Below are positions 58,202 to 64,000 of a stretch of DNA of 64,000 nucleotides, one piece after another; the first letter of the stretch is position 1; every line of letters begins with the position of its first letter. The position numbers were made by a program, and so were the translations under genes. This DNA comes from a bacterium (GTDB taxonomy: Bacteria > Patescibacteriota > JABMPQ01 > JBDRIV01): the NCBI GenBank assembly GCA_043815505.1, contig JBDRIV010000002.1, forward strand, positions 374,943-438,942, read 5' to 3'. The notes under the pieces are model-generated. The model was not told where the DNA came from. It saw only the letters and a program-made list of their open reading frames with translations, and ran no database searches.

Positions 58202-60007
58202 ATGTTGAAACTAAATTCTAAAGATCTAAGAAAAATATTCTTAAAGTATTTTAAGGATAAGGATCACAAAATTGTTTCCTCATCATCATTAATTCCTGAT
58301 GATGATTCTGTTTTGTTAACTACAGCTGGTATGCAACAGTTTGTGCCTTATTTGTCAGGTAAAGTTAAACCACCACACAAACGTATGGCTAACGTGCAAA
58401 AGTGTTTTCGTACTGGCGATATTGATGAGGTGGGAGACGATTATCATCATACGTTTTTCGAAATGATGGGAAATTGGTCGTTTGGCGATTATTTTAAAAA
58501 AGAAACCATAGAATGGGCTTTCAAATTTCTAACTGAGGAATTAGCCATGGATAAAGAAAGATTGTGGGCTACGATTTTTGAAGGAAAAGGAAAAATTGCT
58601 AAAGACACAGAGGCTCTTGAGATCTGGAAGAAATATTTACCAGAAGAAAAAATAAAAGAATTTGGCATGACAGACAATTTTTGGGGACCGACAGCCATCA
58701 CTGGACCTTGTGGACCTTCTTCAGAAATTCATTATGACCGCGGTGAAGAATTTAAAACATTTCAGATTCAAAAATGCTCAATTGATGGATGTGGACCCAA
58801 CTGCAAATGTGGTCGTTTTGTTGAAATCTGGAATTTGGTTTTTATGCAATTTAATAAAAATGATAAAGGTGAGCTTGAACCATTACCACAAAAAAATATT
58901 GACACCGGCGCTGGTTTGGAGCGATTAGCCGCAATTTTACAAAACAAATATTCAGATTACGAAACGGATTTATTTTCTGATCTAATGCTTAAAGTAATTG
59001 ATTGGGTTGATGAAGAAAATCGACAATATACAGAGAAACAGCGAAGAATAATATGTGATCATATTCGTGCTGCTGTATTTTTAGCAAGTGATGGTATTTT
59101 ACCATCAAATGAAGACCGTGGTTATATAATGAGAAGAATTATAAGAAGAGTTGTTAAATATGCGGATTTAATAAAAATTAAGGAAGATAATTATATAACA
59201 GAATTAGCTGAGATTGTAATACACATTTATAAAGATAATTATAAAGAACTTAATAAAAATAAAAATAGAATCATTGATGTTATAGAAAATGAAAAGAATA
59301 AATTTTTAAAATCATTGAAACCTGGTAATAAAAGATCTCTAGAATTAGCAGATCAAGCAGATAAAAGTGGAGAGAGAATAATTAGTGGGAAGGACGCATT
59401 TGATTTATTTTCTACTTATGGATATCCAGTTGAGTTAATGGAAGAAACTTATAAGGTTGACAAAAAAAGTTTTTACAAAGAACTAAAAAAACACCAAGCT
59501 GTTTCTAGAGCTGGAGCGGAGAAAAAGTTTGGTGGGGTGGGGCAGTTTGGCGAGCAGGTTGTAAGACAACACACAGCGACTCATCTTTTACAACAGGCTT
59601 TGCGCGATGTACTGGGTGATCATGTCAAACAAGCTGGTTCAGATTTAACTCCCGATAGATTACGCTTTGATTTTACTCATCCTGATAAATTAACTGAAGA
59701 AGAAAAGCAGAAAGTTGAAGATATTGTCAATGAAAAAATTGAAGCTGCGCTCCCAATGGTCCAAACAAAAATGCCATATGAAGAAGCTATAAAAAAAGGA
59801 GCCATTGCTTTCTTTAAGGAAAAATATCCAGAAATTGTTTCGGTGTATGAAGCTGGAGACTATTCTATGGAACTTTGTGGAGGACCGCATGTCAAAAATA
59901 CTTCAGAAATTGGTGCTTTTAAAATAACTTCAGAAAAAAGTTCTTCTGCTGGAGTAAGAAGAATAAAAGCGATTATTGGAGAAAAGGCTAAAGAACAATT
60001 ACAGTAA
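58202..60007 (+). CDS. alaS: Alanine--tRNA ligase (lacking the C-Ala domain)
   Basis: TTAGMQQF, HHTFFEMMGNWSFGDYFK, IDTGAGLER, HTATHLL, ELCGGPH; ends after GVRRIKA. Confidence 0.96.
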   Translation: MLKLNSKDLRKIFLKYFKDKDHKIVSSSSLIPDDDSVLLTTAGMQQFVPYLSGKVKPPHKRMANVQKCFRTGDIDEVGDDYHHTFFEMMGNWSFGDYFKKETIEWAFKFLTEELAMDKERLWATIFEGKGKIAKDTEALEIWKKYLPEEKIKEFGMTDNFWGPTAITGPCGPSSEIHYDRGEEFKTFQIQKCSIDGCGPNCKCGRFVEIWNLVFMQFNKNDKGELEPLPQKNIDTGAGLERLAAILQNKYSDYETDLFSDLMLKVIDWVDEENRQYTEKQRRIICDHIRAAVFLASDGILPSNEDRGYIMRRIIRRVVKYADLIKIKEDNYITELAEIVIHIYKDNYKELNKNKNRIIDVIENEKNKFLKSLKPGNKRSLELADQADKSGERIISGKDAFDLFSTYGYPVELMEETYKVDKKSFYKELKKHQAVSRAGAEKKFGGVGQFGEQVVRQHTATHLLQQALRDVLGDHVKQAGSDLTPDRLRFDFTHPDKLTEEEKQKVEDIVNEKIEAALPMVQTKMPYEEAIKKGAIAFFKEKYPEIVSVYEAGDYSMELCGGPHVKNTSEIGAFKITSEKSSSAGVRRIKAIIGEKAKEQLQ

Positions 60008-60095
60008 ATTCTTAGAAAGACAGATTTGTGGTATAATATAAACCTAAATAAAGAAAATCAAGCACAACTTGTTGTGTTTTATTAAAGTTGTATAA

Positions 60096-61340
60096 ATGTT
60101 TGGGAGACAACAAAAAGAAATTTCAGCTCTCGCTCTGGATATTGGAACTGAGGTGGCTAAAGCCATTATTTTAACTATTGATCCGAGAGAATTAAAGGGT
60201 TATGTAAAGGGTGTGGGTAGAAAAAGGCAAAAACTGGGAGATATGCAATCCGGTGCTGTTACTGACATTGAAGGGGTGGTTAGAGCTTGTGAAGATGCTA
60301 TTGAGCAAGCTGAAGAGATGTCTGGTTTAAAACCAGATCAAGTTATTTTAGGAATCGCTGGAGAGCTGGTAAAAGGTACGACCACAACGGTTCATTATGA
60401 GAGATTAAAACCTCGAACAAAGATTGATATGGTGGAATTGAAAAACATTATTCAAAAAGTTCAGTGGAAAGCTTTCGACAAAGTGCGCAAACAACTTTCT
60501 TGGGAAACTGGTCACTCTGAAATTGATGTTAAATTAATAAATGCTGCCATTGTTGATGTGCGCATCGATGGTTACCGAGTAACTAATCCTTTAGGATTTC
60601 AAGGAAAAGATGTTACCATTTCAATTTTTAATGCTTATGCTCCGTTGGTACATTTGGGCGCCTTGCAAACAATTGCTTCCGAACTTGATTTGGATTTACT
60701 AAGTATTGCTTGCGAACCTTACGCGGTCGCTCGTTGCATGGGAATTGAGGACGCAGTAGAATTCTCAGCAATTTTTATTGATATCGGTGGTGGTACAACT
60801 GATGTAGCGGTGGTTAGAAATGGTGGTATTGAAGGTACAAAAATGTTTGCCATTGGTGGAAGAGCTTTCACCAAAAGACTCAGCAATGAATTAGGAGTAA
60901 ACTTTCCCGAGGCAGAAGAAATTAAAATTAAATTTTCCAAAAATAAATTGCCAACTGATATTATGCAAAAGGTAAAAACGGCACTTGATGCTGATTCTAA
61001 AGTTTGGTTGTCGGGAGTTGAGATGGCGCTATCAGAATTTTCTAGCGTTGATGTTTTGCCTTCCAAAATATTACTTTGTGGTGGCGGTTCAAAACTTCCT
61101 AATATAAAATCAGTTTTACAAAGCAGAGAATGGGTGGAACGATTACCTTTTGCTAAAGCGCCAGCCATTCATTTTATCAACCCTAAAGATGTTATCAATT
61201 TGCAGGATGAAACAAAAATGCTAACCAATCAACAAGATATTACACCCATGGGACTAGCCAACTTAGCAATTGATTTGGCTGGTGACGAAACAATGATGCA
61301 CGGAATCTTGCGCAAAGTAGTTAGAATGATTCAAACTTAA
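60096..61340 (+). CDS. FtsA-like actin-family ATPase
   Basis: ALDIGT, GAVTDI, IDIGGGTTD, LCGGGSKL. Confidence 0.85.
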   Translation: MFGRQQKEISALALDIGTEVAKAIILTIDPRELKGYVKGVGRKRQKLGDMQSGAVTDIEGVVRACEDAIEQAEEMSGLKPDQVILGIAGELVKGTTTTVHYERLKPRTKIDMVELKNIIQKVQWKAFDKVRKQLSWETGHSEIDVKLINAAIVDVRIDGYRVTNPLGFQGKDVTISIFNAYAPLVHLGALQTIASELDLDLLSIACEPYAVARCMGIEDAVEFSAIFIDIGGGTTDVAVVRNGGIEGTKMFAIGGRAFTKRLSNELGVNFPEAEEIKIKFSKNKLPTDIMQKVKTALDADSKVWLSGVEMALSEFSSVDVLPSKILLCGGGSKLPNIKSVLQSREWVERLPFAKAPAIHFINPKDVINLQDETKMLTNQQDITPMGLANLAIDLAGDETMMHGILRKVVRMIQT

Positions 61341-63029
61341 ATGCCCAAAAAAGTTTACATTGATGCTGATGACGAAATTACCAGTGTCATAGACAAAATT
61401 AAAGATCTGCCGAATAAAGAGTTAGTAATGATCATACCAAAGAGAGCAACGCTCATCCAAAGCATTGTAAATTTGAAATTGTTAAAGAAGCAAACTGACG
61501 AGTTAAAGAAAGATATGGTTCTTATTATCACAGATGAAACTGGCAGAAACTTAGCCTCGCGAGCAGGATTTATTACTAAAAAAGATTTAAATAGTACCGC
61601 TGAAGAACCGCAAAAAGAAAAAGAAGCAGAAAAGCTTTCAACTTCTGGAAAAGAAGCCTTAACAAAGCATGAAAACAAATCTACTGAAGAATTTGTTTCG
61701 CATCTAACAAAAGAATTAACAAATAAAAAAGACCAGGAAACTGAACAAGTAGAATTAGAAGATGTGGTAGAAAAAATTAGGGACAGAGAAGAAACTGGTA
61801 ATTTACCACCCTCAGTTAGAACATATACCGACAAAGAAACAACCAAACAAGTCAAGGGAAAAAGAGTTGTTCTTTTACCAACCAAGGGAATTAAGGTGTT
61901 TTTTATTTTTGTTTTATTTTCTTTATTAATTACTGGAGTTATTGGATTTATTGTTTTACCTAAAGCAGAAATTATTGTTACACCCAAAACAGAGCAAGTA
62001 ATTGCCAATTATGCCGTGAAAGCAAGTGAAGAATATAAAGATGTAGATGTGGATTTAAACGAGATTCCCGGTAAAAAAATAAATATTAGTAAGGAATCAA
62101 GCGAAAAAGAATTTTCCGCTACAAACAAAACAAATTTAGAAATAAAAGCCAAAGGAACAATAACTGTAACAAACAGTTATTCATCTGATCCCCAAGTTTT
62201 GGTGGCGGGAACCAGATTCGTTTCAACTGACAATAAACAATTCAATCTAATTGCTGATACTACTATACCAGGCGCTGCTATCAGAGTTGGTAAAACAATT
62301 GCAGGAACAAAAAATGTTGAAGTGGAAGCAAGTGAACCAGGAGAGGATTATAATATTGAACCAACTTCATTTACCATTCCTGGACTTGATGAAACTAAGC
62401 AAAGTACGATTGTTGGTTCAAGTACCAAGGCTTTTAGTGGTGGTGAGGTAAGGGAAGCATTATTGGTTTCAGCTAATGATTTAGAAAAAGCCAAGGAAGA
62501 ATTAACCAATAATATAATAGAAAATATTAATGACGAAATAAAAAATGAAGTTGGCAGTGAGTATTATTATTTTGCTGAATCTCTCCTTCCAAATATAGAA
62601 CTTGAAACTTCAGTTAAAGTTGATGATGAAATAGAAAAATTTAAAGCTAAGGCCAAAGCTAATATCAATACAATTGTATTTCAGAAAAGTTCTTTAGAAG
62701 AATATATTAATAAAAAAATAGACGGCGCAATTAATAAAAATCAGTATTTAGTAGGTGAAATTTTAGACCATATCAGTTTTACAGAGATAAAATATGACGA
62801 AGACAAAGGAATTCTTGAGGGAACAATATATGTTGATAAAACGATTGCCTATAATATAGAGAATGAAAAAATACAAAGTAATCTAAAGGGAAAAAGCCTT
62901 GACGAAGCTAATAGTATATTGGATAATATGAGTGAAATTGATGGTTATACCGTTAATTTATGGCCATTTTGGGTAGAAAGTGTACCAACCATGGAAAATA
63001 AGATTGATATTATTATAAATGAATCTTGA
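61341..63029 (+). CDS. Single-pass membrane protein with an extracellular baseplate-J-like domain
   Basis: IDADDEITS N-domain, TM near residue 185-205, KAKGTITVTN...GTRF...VEASEPGEDYNI...FSGG. Confidence 0.75.
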   Translation: MPKKVYIDADDEITSVIDKIKDLPNKELVMIIPKRATLIQSIVNLKLLKKQTDELKKDMVLIITDETGRNLASRAGFITKKDLNSTAEEPQKEKEAEKLSTSGKEALTKHENKSTEEFVSHLTKELTNKKDQETEQVELEDVVEKIRDREETGNLPPSVRTYTDKETTKQVKGKRVVLLPTKGIKVFFIFVLFSLLITGVIGFIVLPKAEIIVTPKTEQVIANYAVKASEEYKDVDVDLNEIPGKKINISKESSEKEFSATNKTNLEIKAKGTITVTNSYSSDPQVLVAGTRFVSTDNKQFNLIADTTIPGAAIRVGKTIAGTKNVEVEASEPGEDYNIEPTSFTIPGLDETKQSTIVGSSTKAFSGGEVREALLVSANDLEKAKEELTNNIIENINDEIKNEVGSEYYYFAESLLPNIELETSVKVDDEIEKFKAKAKANINTIVFQKSSLEEYINKKIDGAINKNQYLVGEILDHISFTEIKYDEDKGILEGTIYVDKTIAYNIENEKIQSNLKGKSLDEANSILDNMSEIDGYTVNLWPFWVESVPTMENKIDIIINES

Positions 63030-63217
63030 CATATTATATCTTCCTGATAGAATAAACAGGCGAAATATTTAGGCACTTTTTTTGTAGTTTTGATTATTTG
63101 AATAACAGTTTAATTGATACTTACGGGATATTATTCAAAACACGTTTCACAACGTGTATAAATCGTTAAATAAAATAATCTCACATAGTTTGTGAGATAG
63201 TTTTAATAAAAACTTTT

Positions 63218-63532
63218 ATGAAAAGGCGCAAAAACGTCAAGCGTAAAAAATTCGAATATAAAAGCAAGAAAAAGCTGATTGAACAAGCAAAAAAACAAGC
63301 CGAGGTAATTGAAACTCCAAAAAATGAAAATGATATTATTGTAACTGGCGTGGTAGAGGAAACTTTGCCCAATGCAACCTTCAAAGTGAAATTGGAAAAT
63401 GGTCACGAAATTCACGCTCACGTTTCCGGAAAAATGCGCATGAATAAAATTAGAGTCTTACCTGGTGATGAAGTTGAAGTGCAATTAACACCTTATGACT
63501 TATCCAAGGGTAGAGTAATTAGAAGAAACTAA
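63218..63532 (+). CDS. infA: Translation initiation factor IF-1 (N-terminally extended)
   Basis: [38 protein letters not shown]. Confidence 0.95.
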   Translation: MKRRKNVKRKKFEYKSKKKLIEQAKKQAEVIETPKNENDIIVTGVVEETLPNATFKVKLENGHEIHAHVSGKMRMNKIRVLPGDEVEVQLTPYDLSKGRVIRRN

Positions 63533-63533
63533 G

Positions 63534-63647
63534 ATGAAAGTTAGATCATCTGTCAAAAAAATTTGTATTAAGTGTAAAGTTATTCGACGCAAAGGTAAAG
63601 TGCAGGTAGTTTGTGAAAATCCAAAACATAAGCAAAGACAAGGATAA
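63534..63647 (+). CDS. rpmJ: 50S ribosomal protein L36
   Basis: Manual translation [37 protein letters not shown]. Confidence 0.97.
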   Translation: MKVRSSVKKICIKCKVIRRKGKVQVVCENPKHKQRQG

Positions 63648-64000
63648 TGGCCAGAATAGCCGGGGTAAACATCCCAGACAATAAAAGAATTGAAATTTCA
63701 CTGACTTATATTTACGGGATAGGAAAAGTAAGTAGTCAGAAAATTTTAGATTTAGCACAAATTGATAAAAGTGTTCGCACCAAGGATTTAAATGATGGGG
63801 AAATTAACAAATTAAGAGATGTGATTGAAAAGAATTACAAAGTAGAAGGTGATTTGCAGAGACAAATTCAATTGAATGTAAAAAGATTAAAAGACATTAA
63901 CAGTTACCGAGGAAGTCGTCATTCTAAAGGTTTGCCTGCTAGAGGTCAGCGAACAAAAACTAATAATCGTACAGTGCGAGGAAATGTTCGCAAAACTGCA
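63647..64000 (+). CDS. rpsM: 30S ribosomal protein S13 (runs off the window)
   Basis: [26 protein letters not shown]...EGDL...[19 protein letters not shown]. Confidence 0.97.
   Translation, partial: MARIAGVNIPDNKRIEISLTYIYGIGKVSSQKILDLAQIDKSVRTKDLNDGEINKLRDVIEKNYKVEGDLQRQIQLNVKRLKDINSYRGSRHSKGLPARGQRTKTNNRTVRGNVRKTA

Noticed and set aside
58202-60007. Short AlaRS (and short HrcA) as pseudogenes
   Set aside because: Clean frames with catalytic, editing and DNA-binding motifs intact; consistent with streamlined forms
61355-62008. 217-aa minus-strand ORF
   Set aside because: Ser/Phe-rich antisense shadow of a Lys/Glu-rich plus-strand gene
61341-63029. Prophage
   Set aside because: No other structural, terminase or lysis genes; housekeeping context

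Overview
AT-rich bacterial chromosome window. Gene content points to Patescibacteria/CPR (inference): short HrcA, C-terminally truncated AlaRS, a sigma-region-4/HARE-HTH protein, an FtsA plus baseplate-J-like pair, and tRNAs without encoded CCA. Housekeeping blocks are murF; gpmI with a two-component locus; CIRCE-hrcA-grpE-dnaK-(membrane gene)-dnaJ; aspS-ybaK-scpA-scpB-dac-mraY-murI/pgeF-murD-ftsW-murG-murC-murB-secA; LDT-secD-secF; lexA-dinB; mnmA; alaS; and infA-rpmJ-rpsM. The most unusual features are: (1) a ~2.8-kb integron-like island sitting in the 3' end of an alkD-like gene, with a short integrase that appears to lack the IntI-specific insertion, two cassettes whose insertion history can be read from the sequence, non-canonical attC-like hairpins, and a complete promoter-gene-terminator unit inside the loop of a ~765-bp attC-like site; (2) an intact tRNA-Glu nested in the anticodon loop of a second tRNA whose T-loop also carries an insert; (3) a head-to-head Elp3 plus Trm9/ALKBH8-like methyltransferase pair, suggesting a eukaryote/archaea-type mcm5(s2)U34 pathway; (4) a MurI-PgeF fusion; and (5) a dispersed set of self-contained orphan transcription units, including two small paralog families. 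All family assignments come from motif recognition by eye; no searches were run.
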